A stretch of DNA of 64,000 bases from positions 32,001 through 96,000 of IMG/VR virus record IMGVR_UViG_3300032007_000037. One strand, 5' to 3'. This DNA is from a virus (Duplodnaviria > Caudoviricetes). The notes under the pieces are model-generated. The model made no database searches, was not told the DNA's origin, and saw only the letters and a list, made by a program, of their open reading frames with translations. Position 1 is the first letter of the stretch, and every line of letters starts with the position of its first letter. The position numbers were made by a program, and so were the translations under genes. Shown here in pieces: positions 37,343-47,179 of this stretch.

Positions 37343-38475
37343 TGAGTAAGTTTCAGGAAGTCCAAGAGGATAATAAACTTAGGAAGAAAAGAATTGAAGA
37401 GGGTAAGTATAATTGTCTGCCCTTTCCATTTCCAAGATTTAGAAAAATATTTCCGGGCTTTGAAAGAGGAAGCTACGTGATAATCACAGCGAATCAAAAG
37501 GTGGGAAAATCAAAATTAGCAGATTTTCTGTTCATTTATGAACCCCTGTTTTACATGATGGAACATCCTGAGTTAAAAGTAAAGGTTATATATTTCTCTA
37601 TTGAGATGTCCGCAAAAGAAAAATATAATGAGTTTTTGTGCCACCTTTTATACAGATTGGATGGTATTCATATAGACACTAGAACTCTTCGTAGTGTAGA
37701 TAAACCATGCGATCAAAAAATCCTAGACTTACTTGAAACGGAAAGGTATCAAAAGTACATTAAAGTTTATGAGGATATGGTTATTTTCAACGATACTGAC
37801 AAAAACCCAACTGGTATTAGGAAATTCTATAGAGATTATGCTCTTAAACATGGCCATTATAATTATACTACTATTAAAGATACCAACGAAATAACAGGAG
37901 AACTTGAGGATAGGCAAATAATAGATCCTATTAAACCATACACTCAAGATGACGAAGAAGAATATAGAATTATCCTTCTTGATAATGCGGCCAATATAAC
38001 TACTGAAAAGGGTTATGAGACTCAAAGGGCAGCTATTGAGAAAGTGTCCAAGGATGGTATTGTGGCAAAGAAACAATTAACCTATATATTTGTTCTTATA
38101 CAGCATCAAAGCCAGGCCCAAGAAGGTTTTGAAGCACAAAAGATGGATTTAATGATTCCTTCGGCATCAGGTCTTGGTGACAATAAAACAGTGATCAGAG
38201 ATTGTACTGTCGCTATAGGTTTATTTAATCCAGCCAAGTTCGATAAGAAAGAATTTAAGGATTATAATATTACACGTTTAAGGAACTATGGAAGATTCTT
38301 AAATATCATTGATGACAGGACTTATGGGGCAGCAGGAAATATTTGCCCTCTCTTCTTTGATGGGGCTACCAGTACCTTTAGAGAATTGCCACAAACAACT
38401 GATAAAGAAGAACTTGAAAAATATTATCAGTATGCAGAATATCTTGATATCCAACATTTCTCTCCTGAAAATTGA
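37342..38475 (+). CDS. DnaB-like replicative helicase
   Basis: ITANQKVGKS, YFSIEMS, IILLDN, VLIQHQ. Confidence 0.88.
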   Translation: MSKFQEVQEDNKLRKKRIEEGKYNCLPFPFPRFRKIFPGFERGSYVIITANQKVGKSKLADFLFIYEPLFYMMEHPELKVKVIYFSIEMSAKEKYNEFLCHLLYRLDGIHIDTRTLRSVDKPCDQKILDLLETERYQKYIKVYEDMVIFNDTDKNPTGIRKFYRDYALKHGHYNYTTIKDTNEITGELEDRQIIDPIKPYTQDDEEEYRIILLDNAANITTEKGYETQRAAIEKVSKDGIVAKKQLTYIFVLIQHQSQAQEGFEAQKMDLMIPSASGLGDNKTVIRDCTVAIGLFNPAKFDKKEFKDYNITRLRNYGRFLNIIDDRTYGAAGNICPLFFDGATSTFRELPQTTDKEELEKYYQYAEYLDIQHFSPEN

Positions 38476-38552
38476 ATTTATTCGTCCTAAGTAAGATTTT
38501 TCTAATTAAACAGAGTTATTTTTAGAATGTGTGTTATTTCTTATGAGATAAA

Positions 38553-38560
38553 TACATTTG
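38553..38560 (+). promoter_or_regulatory. Bacteroidetes-type -7 promoter
   Basis: TACATTTG ~30 nt upstream of ATG 38589. Confidence 0.6.
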
Positions 38561-38588
38561 CATTCGTGATTAAAATTGAGTAGAAGTA

Positions 38589-39416
38589 ATGAGTGAAATT
38601 GTATTGCCTACACAACGTAGGAAAGCAACAGACCATAATCCAAGTTTAATGGTAATATATGGCAAGCCCAAGTCTGGTAAAAGTAGTCTTATGGCTTCTT
38701 TGGATAACAATCTTATCATTGACTTGGAAAATGGTTATAGAGCACTTGATGTAATGTGTGTTCAAGCTAGAAGCGCAGAAGACATTTTTAATATCAAGAA
38801 TGCTATTAAAGAAAAGAATGAGGAAAATGGTAACAAACCTTTTTATAGATTTATCACTATTGACAATGCTACCAGATTGGAAGAAATGTCCGTAGTTTAT
38901 GCAAACCACTTATATCAGAAGACCCAGATGGGAATGACATGGGGCTTTCTGAAGGATAATATTGGGAATTTATTGACAGATGCAGATGGCAATAAAATTC
39001 CAGATCCAAAAGCTGATGTAAGACAACTTCCAAAAGGAGGTGGTTGGTATTATATGAGACAGGCTCTTAAAGAAATGATTGGTATGTTCAGACCTCTCTG
39101 TGATACTCTCATTCTTGTATGTCATGTGAAGGATAAACAAATCCAGAAAAATGATGAAGAAACAACTGAAATGGCAGTAGATTTAGCAGGTAAGGTTGGA
39201 GACATTATTTGTGGAGAAGCCGATGCTATTGGTTATGTATCACGTGATGAGAATAAAACTCTCCTTTCATTCAAAGGTGGGGATAATAGTATCAGAGGTT
39301 CCAGACCATTACATTTAAGAGAAAAAGTATTTGAGGTTGCTGAATCTGATGAACAAGGTAATCTCAAAGTAGACATGTCCAAGATTTTCCTTCCAGTAGG
39401 AAACACAGATAATTAA
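38589..39416 (+). CDS. AAA_24/Sak4-like ATPase
   Basis: YGKPKSGKSS, IDLENG, ITIDN, ILVCH. Confidence 0.88.
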   Translation: MSEIVLPTQRRKATDHNPSLMVIYGKPKSGKSSLMASLDNNLIIDLENGYRALDVMCVQARSAEDIFNIKNAIKEKNEENGNKPFYRFITIDNATRLEEMSVVYANHLYQKTQMGMTWGFLKDNIGNLLTDADGNKIPDPKADVRQLPKGGGWYYMRQALKEMIGMFRPLCDTLILVCHVKDKQIQKNDEETTEMAVDLAGKVGDIICGEADAIGYVSRDENKTLLSFKGGDNSIRGSRPLHLREKVFEVAESDEQGNLKVDMSKIFLPVGNTDN

Positions 39417-39437
39417 CAGTTAAACAACATTAATCAA

Positions 39438-39914
39438 ATGGAGAAAAGAATTTCATTTTTTGAGTACCAAAACGCAGTAAGTGTAGCAAGGATTATTGAT
39501 CCTTATCTTCGCCAAAAAGAGGAGGCAGAAACTCAGAAAGCTAAACTTGAAGAGGAGCTTTCTAAAATAACCGCCAAACTGGAGACAGTCCAAGAAGCAA
39601 TTAATAAGAATCAAAAGGAGATTGATTCTTATGAAGAGGGCATTGTAAGAATTATAGGATTCCATGTTACTGACTTGGTAAAGAAGGTAATGGTTCCTAC
39701 AGGTAAGACCACCCCTGCTGGTAAGCCTGCAATGACAGCAGAATTTGTGCCTACAGAGATTGTAACACATGATGAGGCAAACAAGCAGTATATCATTACA
39801 ATACCTGAAGAGAGTGAGGTTCCTCCTACTACAGAGAATGCAGCAGGAAGTAACTTTGACGGAGATAAGGAGAATCTTTTTGCCCACACAGAAGAGACAA
39901 TGTTTAATAAATAA
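39438..39914 (+). CDS. coiled-coil hypothetical protein (paralogue-like of 42035-42454)
   Basis: F...P(Y/F)L + long heptad run in both. Confidence 0.65.
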   Translation: MEKRISFFEYQNAVSVARIIDPYLRQKEEAETQKAKLEEELSKITAKLETVQEAINKNQKEIDSYEEGIVRIIGFHVTDLVKKVMVPTGKTTPAGKPAMTAEFVPTEIVTHDEANKQYIITIPEESEVPPTTENAAGSNFDGDKENLFAHTEETMFNK

Positions 39915-39934
39915 ACAATTACAAACAATTTACA

Positions 39935-40876
39935 ATGAAGAAAACAAGTAATCATTACAGTTTCCTTGTAGTAGGTAAAACTGAAGAATCAAAAGAAGCG
40001 TCTGAGGGATTTAAGAAGTATGTAGGTATAGGCGCTTCAAAAGTATTAGCCATCAATCCAACCAAAGCAGAACTGGAAAAGATTTATGGCCGTGAACTAC
40101 AAAATGACCCTGAGTACACTGTAGAACGTGATGATGTTAAGGGTGTTGTAGTTGATATTATTGTACAGACAGATCCTGAATTGTGCAATGGCGTAGACAT
40201 GATTAACCATTTGAGATTTAACCTATTCCCATCTAAGGCATTTAACAAAGACCAAAGTAAGGTTAGAGTAGTTGATACCTTCGGTAATGCTCAGTGGATG
40301 AATACTGAGGATGCAAATGCCCATAAACCTTGTTTAACTGCAAATGGAGATCCTCAGAAGATTGATAAGGACTATCGTATCTCTTTCATTGGAGAGGCTG
40401 ATATTCTTGATTTCTTACGCAAGTTCTTATTTAACAAGGATTCATTCAATATGCCCAACGGTGTGTGGACTAAGAAAGAAGATGCAAATGATGTTATTAT
40501 CGGCTTTGAAGACCCCAAAAAATTACTTGGTGGCAATGTATCAGAAGTAAAAGAACTGATTGCTTTGCAGCCTAATAATAAGATTAAGCTTCTTTATGGT
40601 GTCAAGCGTGTGGAAGATGCACAGACTGGTAAGGTGTCTTATCGACAGACTGTATGCTCAAGCTATGATATGATGCTCCGCAATAATGCTACTGCATCGG
40701 CAGTTACACAATTGGAGAAAAACCTTGCATCAGCTAAATCAGCAGGCATGTACTCTAATATAGAATATGCTGTTCAGGAGCTTAAAGAATGGGATGTTCA
40801 GCCAACTACTATAACTCAGACTAATGCCGCAGCTGTCCAACCAGCAGCAGCTCCTAAGAAAGCTCCCTGGGATTAA
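39935..40876 (+). CDS. putative single-stranded DNA-binding protein
   Basis: KKYVGIG..KVLAINPTKAEL; low-complexity tail ending PWD; between AAA ATPase and primase. Confidence 0.6.
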   Translation: MKKTSNHYSFLVVGKTEESKEASEGFKKYVGIGASKVLAINPTKAELEKIYGRELQNDPEYTVERDDVKGVVVDIIVQTDPELCNGVDMINHLRFNLFPSKAFNKDQSKVRVVDTFGNAQWMNTEDANAHKPCLTANGDPQKIDKDYRISFIGEADILDFLRKFLFNKDSFNMPNGVWTKKEDANDVIIGFEDPKKLLGGNVSEVKELIALQPNNKIKLLYGVKRVEDAQTGKVSYRQTVCSSYDMMLRNNATASAVTQLEKNLASAKSAGMYSNIEYAVQELKEWDVQPTTITQTNAAAVQPAAAPKKAPWD

Positions 40877-40942
40877 TATAATGTAGACAGTCTATTTTTA
40901 GGCTGTCTATGCTTTTTCTTAACCCTTTAAAGTAATAATCTT

Positions 40943-42019
40943 ATGATTGTAGGTAAAACTTCTTCCAGTATCTCCAAAACAGAAATCTTTACCAAGTATT
41001 CAGAAACAGAAGTCCTTTCCAAGGTATTTCCAGAAATAACAAGTATTCCATGTATAATTAAATCTCCTTTTAGAGAAGATGCCCACCCCTCTTTCAGTAT
41101 CTTTATGGGAGATAATAAGCATCTTTACTATAAAGATTTTGGAGATAGTGATGAAAAAGGAAGTCTTCTGGACTTGCTTTGTAAGCTCTGGCATTGTACT
41201 TTTAACCAATGTCTTAATAAAATATGTGAAATAATGGTAAATGAAGAACAGTCTGATGTAATAGTCAGGCCTAAACAAATTAAGACATTGACTAGAAAGG
41301 AAGCAAGCGATCTTTCTAAATTGGAGATTAAGGAAAGACCCTGGAGAGACTATGATTATAGATACTGGAAAAGCTATGGTATAGAGCCTGATTGGTTACA
41401 CTATACTGAAATAAGACCTATTACATTTAAGATTATTACTAAAGAGGGTAAAAAGTATATTTTCCCAGCAGACAGACTCGCTTATGCGTTTGTAGAATGG
41501 AAAGATGATATATTAAGCCTTAAAGTATATCAACCAATGAATACTGATGGCTTTAAATGGTGCTCTAAAATGAGTGATGGTGTAATATCCCTATGGACTA
41601 AAGTACCTGAATGCGGAGATAAAATAATAATTGCTTCTTCGGTAAAAGATGCACTTTGTATTAGCAGTGTTACACATATACCAGCAGTAGCACCACAGGG
41701 AGAGGGATACAACCTAAGCGAGACTGCATGTAAAGAGTTAAAGAGGAGATATAAAGAAGTATTTATTTCATTTGATGGAGATAAGGCTGGAGTTAAAGAT
41801 GCCGCTAAATTGTCTGAAAAAACTGGTTTTATAAACGTTCAATGTCCAATCTTAAATACACCTTCAGAAGATAATGAAGATGTTAAATGGCTTATCAGTC
41901 AAGGTCTGCAAAAAAAGAATGAAGCCAAAGATTGGTCAGATATATATCTTTATTTTGGGAAAGACAGGTTTGTCCACGAATTTAACAAAGCATTCTCCAT
42001 TAAAGCAAACAACAACTAA
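40943..42019 (+). CDS. DNA primase (TOPRIM)
   Basis: SPFREDAHPSF, YKDFG, SSVKDAL, PQGE, FDGDKAG, KDWSD. Confidence 0.9.
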   Translation: MIVGKTSSSISKTEIFTKYSETEVLSKVFPEITSIPCIIKSPFREDAHPSFSIFMGDNKHLYYKDFGDSDEKGSLLDLLCKLWHCTFNQCLNKICEIMVNEEQSDVIVRPKQIKTLTRKEASDLSKLEIKERPWRDYDYRYWKSYGIEPDWLHYTEIRPITFKIITKEGKKYIFPADRLAYAFVEWKDDILSLKVYQPMNTDGFKWCSKMSDGVISLWTKVPECGDKIIIASSVKDALCISSVTHIPAVAPQGEGYNLSETACKELKRRYKEVFISFDGDKAGVKDAAKLSEKTGFINVQCPILNTPSEDNEDVKWLISQGLQKKNEAKDWSDIYLYFGKDRFVHEFNKAFSIKANNN

Positions 42020-42034
42020 AAATCATTAAATTTT

Positions 42035-42742
42035 ATGAGTGAAACAAAAAATCACTTGGGGCTTGATAAGTTCCAAGTAACTGTTATTAAGAGTAACTAT
42101 AATAGTATTAAGCCTTTCTTGAAGAAGATTGAAAAGGCACAAGCCAAGATAGATGCTGCCAAACAGAAGTATGAAGAAGCAATTGCTGATTCTCAGAAAG
42201 AAGTTGCCCAGTGTCAGGATCAGATTTCTCTAATGGATCAATATACCATAGGCATGACAACTAAGTCTTGTGGTGTTGGCTTAACCATTGAACAGACCAT
42301 TAAGTACTTGGAGGATGCACCTGCATTTGAGGAGTATAAGAAGTCTATTGGTATAAGTGACATGTTTGCTAATACTGAAAATGTAGAAGAAAAAGTTTCA
42401 GGGGATGCTGCACCAGCAGCTGAAGAAAAAGAAGAGGAAAAAGAAAATGTATAATTAACTTAAAACAATTACATTATGGAAAGAAGTGAAGCTTATGCTT
42501 ATATTCAAGCAAACAATCTAAAAGACGAAGTATTTGCCCGTTATGGTACAAATTACACCAGAACCACCACTGATAAATTGGTTGCCTTTGTAGAGGAAAA
42601 GCAGAAAAAAGATTTGAAGAAGGACAGTGTAGCAGAACCAGACGCTCAAGAAGTTAACAGTGCTTATGAGGCAGCTTGTCTGGCTTTCTTAGGTGTTCTA
42701 GAAGATGCTGGTTTATTAGATAATTTACTGGCTAAAGTTTAA
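42035..42742 (+). CDS. two hypothetical proteins (42035-42454, 42476-42742)
   Basis: Clean ORFs followed by terminator GGAGAGGGAC-TTAA-GTCTCTCTCC-TTTT (42750-42777). Confidence 0.7.
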
Positions 42743-42790
42743 AATTATTGGAGAGGGACTTAAGTCTCTCTCCTTTTAAATTCTATAAGA

Positions 42791-45046
42791 ATGATATATA
42801 ATAGAGAAGAAGGCGAAGTTACTATATTAGGTGATGTCCAAAAATATAAGGTGAGTATTGATGAGAAGAATATTAATCATATTGTGACTATTCTATCATC
42901 TAATCTTTATTCCTACCCTATGATTTCATTCTTAAGGGAGACGGTATCTAATGCAGTAGATTCACATATAGAAGCAAAGACAGAGGAGCCTATTGTAATT
43001 TATAGGACAAATAATGATATTTCTATCAGAGATTATGGCACTGGAATTTCACCAGAAAGGTTTCAAGAAATATATATAAATATAGGCTCTTCTACCAAAA
43101 GAACATCCAATAACTACATAGGAAATTTCGGTATAGGTCGCTTCTCGGCACTAAGTGTAGCTGATTTGGTTAATGTTACTTCATTCTATCATGGTAAGGC
43201 ATATTACTATGTAATGAATAAAGACATTGACCAACTTCATATAGATTTATTGTATGAAAAAACTACGACAGAACATGATGGAGTCGAAGTAAAAGTTCCT
43301 ATTAAAACATGGAATACCAACACTCTTAGATGTCTTAGTTTTATTGATAATCTATATGTTGAAAGTGATCTTGAAGCCGATCAGTCCAGACTAGAAAGGT
43401 TTAACCAAAGAGAAATAATTTCTTATAAGAATTTTAAAATCATCAGCAAAACCTTTGATAACGAATATCAAGATACAGAAATACTATTTGGTAAAATACC
43501 TTATACTGTGAATTATAATTCTCTTTGGGAATATGATGATATGTGGCATGCCTCATGGGAAAGATGTTTTAAATACATATATCCTCAGTTAGAAATAGGT
43601 GACTTGGATATCACCCCGAATAGGGAAAGCCTTCTATATTCGGAAAGGACAAAGGAAACTCTTCGAAAGAAATATGATGAGTGTATAGATGAATTAACTG
43701 AGATGTGGACTGCTCAATGCAATACTGAATATACTGATTTGTGGCAGTATATTAGTGATGTTGTAACACATTCAGGAAACACATTAATTATAAAAGGAAA
43801 TTATGTACTTCCTATCAGTAACAATTTATCTTATAATGCCGTATATAAAAGTAGGCCCGAATGGAATGATGTACCATCCAAAGATAAATTATCTATTTTA
43901 AATTGCATCTGGACTAAAGATATTGAAGTTTTGGGCAAATTTCAACATGGAGATTTATTCCAAGGTTATAGTGTACGTGGATCTTACCAAATTAGAAGAC
44001 TCCATAATGAACATTGGTTTGATTGGGAAAATAAAATGGTGCTTGCATTGCCAAATAGAGCAGGCTTTACAAGTCAATACTTTAAAGGTTTTGTAACAGA
44101 GAAGTATAAAAAAGATTATATACTTTTACTAAAACAATTTCCAGAGACTCTTTCTCATAGACACATTAAGTCTTTACTAAGGTCAACGTTTCTAATATCT
44201 GATTATAAGGATGCAAAGAGCAGAAGGTTTATGTTCCAGCTTGTCAGGGAAATGATTAATTATATCTCAGACAAGGTTGTTGTTACAAATGTTATGGACA
44301 GCAAGGAATATGCCCAATACAAGAAAGATAACACTATAAAGAGGGAGTTCAAGCATACAGAAAATATTAGATTTTCTATTTATACATGTGAGCACGAAGA
44401 TGCCTATAATATTTCCTTAAAGACTTCCGAAGTAATAGGGTATGTAAGAAAAGAACTTAGTTGTAAGAAACATAGAATTGTTTATACCGACATTGATAAT
44501 CCCTTTATATCTGCATTTGTAGGATTAGGCTATCGCAACCTTGTTATTTTGGCTGTTTCAGCAGGTAAGGTAGACGCGTTAAAAGAAGACATGCCAGATT
44601 GGATAAGGCCTATAGAAGAGCTCTATTCTGAGGATAATAGGATTCTTCAGAAATATGCCGCAATTCAATATATTGTGAATAAACCTCATCTGTATATAGG
44701 AAGGATGCGATTTATGCCAAACCCGATTCAAGATGCTGTTAGGATATTGGAAGGATATAAAGATAAATATTCTTTCTTGGGGCATGCTAGTTGGCAGCAA
44801 AAAGATGATGCAAAACAACTATTAAAAGTTGTTCCTGAGGAAAAATACGATAGAACAATAATGGCATTGTATCATAACACTAAACGATACATGAATATAG
44901 CCTATCTTTTATATTCAACGAGCGAAGTTGGCTTAGAAACTTATTTCATATTAATGAAACAGAAAAGATTCCGAATCAACTTTAACTATTATGTAAAGAT
45001 AAGAGAAAGAATTAACTATTTAACTAAATTGTATGAGAGTAATTAG
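42791..45046 (+). CDS. rIIA: rIIA-like protein (GHKL/HATPase N-terminus)
   Basis: LYS.P...RETVSNAVDSH; IRDYGTGIS; SSTK..SN..IGNFGIG; LDITPNRESL. Confidence 0.85.
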   Translation: MIYNREEGEVTILGDVQKYKVSIDEKNINHIVTILSSNLYSYPMISFLRETVSNAVDSHIEAKTEEPIVIYRTNNDISIRDYGTGISPERFQEIYINIGSSTKRTSNNYIGNFGIGRFSALSVADLVNVTSFYHGKAYYYVMNKDIDQLHIDLLYEKTTTEHDGVEVKVPIKTWNTNTLRCLSFIDNLYVESDLEADQSRLERFNQREIISYKNFKIISKTFDNEYQDTEILFGKIPYTVNYNSLWEYDDMWHASWERCFKYIYPQLEIGDLDITPNRESLLYSERTKETLRKKYDECIDELTEMWTAQCNTEYTDLWQYISDVVTHSGNTLIIKGNYVLPISNNLSYNAVYKSRPEWNDVPSKDKLSILNCIWTKDIEVLGKFQHGDLFQGYSVRGSYQIRRLHNEHWFDWENKMVLALPNRAGFTSQYFKGFVTEKYKKDYILLLKQFPETLSHRHIKSLLRSTFLISDYKDAKSRRFMFQLVREMINYISDKVVVTNVMDSKEYAQYKKDNTIKREFKHTENIRFSIYTCEHEDAYNISLKTSEVIGYVRKELSCKKHRIVYTDIDNPFISAFVGLGYRNLVILAVSAGKVDALKEDMPDWIRPIEELYSEDNRILQKYAAIQYIVNKPHLYIGRMRFMPNPIQDAVRILEGYKDKYSFLGHASWQQKDDAKQLLKVVPEEKYDRTIMALYHNTKRYMNIAYLLYSTSEVGLETYFILMKQKRFRINFNYYVKIRERINYLTKLYESN

Positions 45047-47179
45047 ATATAAAAACAGTCTTACGATTGTTTTATCTGGTGGTAGAATTCTACAGACAGA
45101 TGAATGTACAGATGAAATGTTTGAAAAAATAAAACAATTTCAAATAGAGGATAATGAGTTTGAAACCATTAATCTACTTATCCCAGAAGCAGTTGATGAA
45201 TATGCAGATAATGTTCGTCTGATCAAATTTTGGGAAAAGGAAGAAGAGTCATCAGAACTTACAAAGAAGGGTAACTCTGTTTATTGGAAATCCGTATCTT
45301 CTCTATCCATGCCTATGGAGTTTGCTGAAAGAGTTATGAACGCTGAAAAGAATAAGAATAAAGATGAGCTGGAAGCTTACAGAAATTTCTGGACTCTTCT
45401 TTCTCTTAATCCTGATAAGGCCGTAAGAGAGAATCTCTTTAAATTCCTTGAAAAGTGGGGTATGGTTATTACTAAGTCAGGTTTATTTGTAGGTTATAGA
45501 AACGCTGACATTTATAAGAAATTAGATAAGTATGGGGATACTGTTTATACTGACCATCATTCTGGAACTACAAGGATTATGATAGGCAAAATGGTTACTC
45601 TTGACAGGGCAGAATGTGACTGTGATAGCAGCGTGGAGTGCTCTAGGGGGTTAATGTGTAGCCCACTTAGGAAGTAATTCCTTTGGAAAATAACGGGTAA
45701 AATCGGTGAAGCTATCTAATGTAAATTTTAAGTACAACTTATAGGATTCATTAAGTAGTTGTCCTGTTGGAGCACATTTCATACCTTTACAGCAATTAAA
45801 AGTAAAGATATGAAGTACACAAAAGAACAACTGCTTGAGATTTATCAAAAAGAATGTATCACAAATAAAATGCGATACAAGGAAGTTAGAGAGAAATATG
45901 GTATCCCAAGAGGAACATGGGATTATTGGATTAGAAAAAGAGGAGGCAATTGTGCAGATAAGAGATTTCATCGTCCTAATGACGACTTCTTTGATTCAAT
46001 AGATTCTGAGATAAAAGCATATTTACTTGGGTATCTATATGCGGATGGTTATATTGCATCTGATGGGAGGATAGGCATAAGATTACAAGAAGATGATGTA
46101 GAAATATTGGAAATGATACAAAAATATATTTGTCCAAATAACCCCATAGAATCTTCAAATAATCAAAATTTTAAAAGGAAACCACAAAATTCAATCAGAT
46201 GGAAGTCTTTACATATGTACAACAAACTAAAGGAATTTGGATTTTGTATTGATAAGACTCACACAGATTCAAATATATTCCAATTAGTTCCTGATAATAT
46301 GAAGATCCATTTTCTAAGAGGGTATACTGATGGCGATGGTAATCTACAAGTATACAGACTGGATAATGGGACTCATCGAAAAATAAGCATATGTTGGTGT
46401 AACGGTTGCTCTAAGATATTAAAGGATATTAAAGAATGGTTACCTAATTATTCTTGGCATCTCTACGATAATAAAACCTTTTATACACTTGGCTGTTATA
46501 ACCATAATGAGGCATATGAAATAATCTCATTATTATATAAAGACGCGAATTTCTTTCTAACAAGAAAAATGAATCAATATAAAATGTTGTTTAATTTTTA
46601 TAGTAATACCGAGCTAACTAAGCAGATTGCGTAAGGCTGCTAAGTAGTGTAGAGCGTAGGAGGTGAATAAATATAATCCTCCCAAGAGTATCCGTCTCCT
46701 GGAAAAACAGGAGCAAAATGTACGCCGAACTGTAAGGAGATTTAGAGTACTTACAGAACATGAGGATAAAAAGCCTCATGGATAACAAAATTGTACACCT
46801 TGGAGGTACAAGCTGGCTATCACAGAACTACTATGGTTCAGTTGGGTTAGTCTGCTTGTGCAACCCTACTGATGTAATTGCCGTTCCTTGGGCAAGAGCT
46901 GAATATGGAAAACTGAGATGCTGTGCATACCTTCCCATAGCTGTAGCTAAATATGATGATACTGGTCATGTAATCCCATTTAAGACAGATAGTGGATTTG
47001 AGGAGCCTTTTGTGCCTACTATACTGTATGATGGAATAATGGCTACAGAAGAAGAGGCAACTTATAAGATACCTATTCCAAAAGACATAGATGTTACTTT
47101 ATACGATCATCAATCCATTCCAGATAAAATTCTTTCTATTGCCAGACAATATATGAAGAAAGAAAATGACGATAAGTGA
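45033..47179 (+). CDS. rIIB: rIIB-like protein, spliced: join(45033..45651,46794..47179), 334 aa
   Basis: FW.LL.LNP...LFKFL...ITKSG.FVGY; CS.GL|H.G motif restored on splicing; NPTDVIAVP...KLRCCAY. Confidence 0.85.
45652..46793 (+). mobile_element. group I intron in rIIB with LAGLIDADG homing endonuclease
   Basis: P1 GGGT/GCCC with U.G; P10 GTGTA/TACAC; AATCGGTGAA, AATACCGAG, GTAGAGCGTA, AAATGTACGCC core; terminal G46793. Confidence 0.9.
45810..46634 (+). CDS. intron-encoded double-motif LAGLIDADG endonuclease
   Basis: AYLLGYLYADG and HFLRGYTDGDG. Confidence 0.9.
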   Translation: MKYTKEQLLEIYQKECITNKMRYKEVREKYGIPRGTWDYWIRKRGGNCADKRFHRPNDDFFDSIDSEIKAYLLGYLYADGYIASDGRIGIRLQEDDVEILEMIQKYICPNNPIESSNNQNFKRKPQNSIRWKSLHMYNKLKEFGFCIDKTHTDSNIFQLVPDNMKIHFLRGYTDGDGNLQVYRLDNGTHRKISICWCNGCSKILKDIKEWLPNYSWHLYDNKTFYTLGCYNHNEAYEIISLLYKDANFFLTRKMNQYKMLFNFYSNTELTKQIA

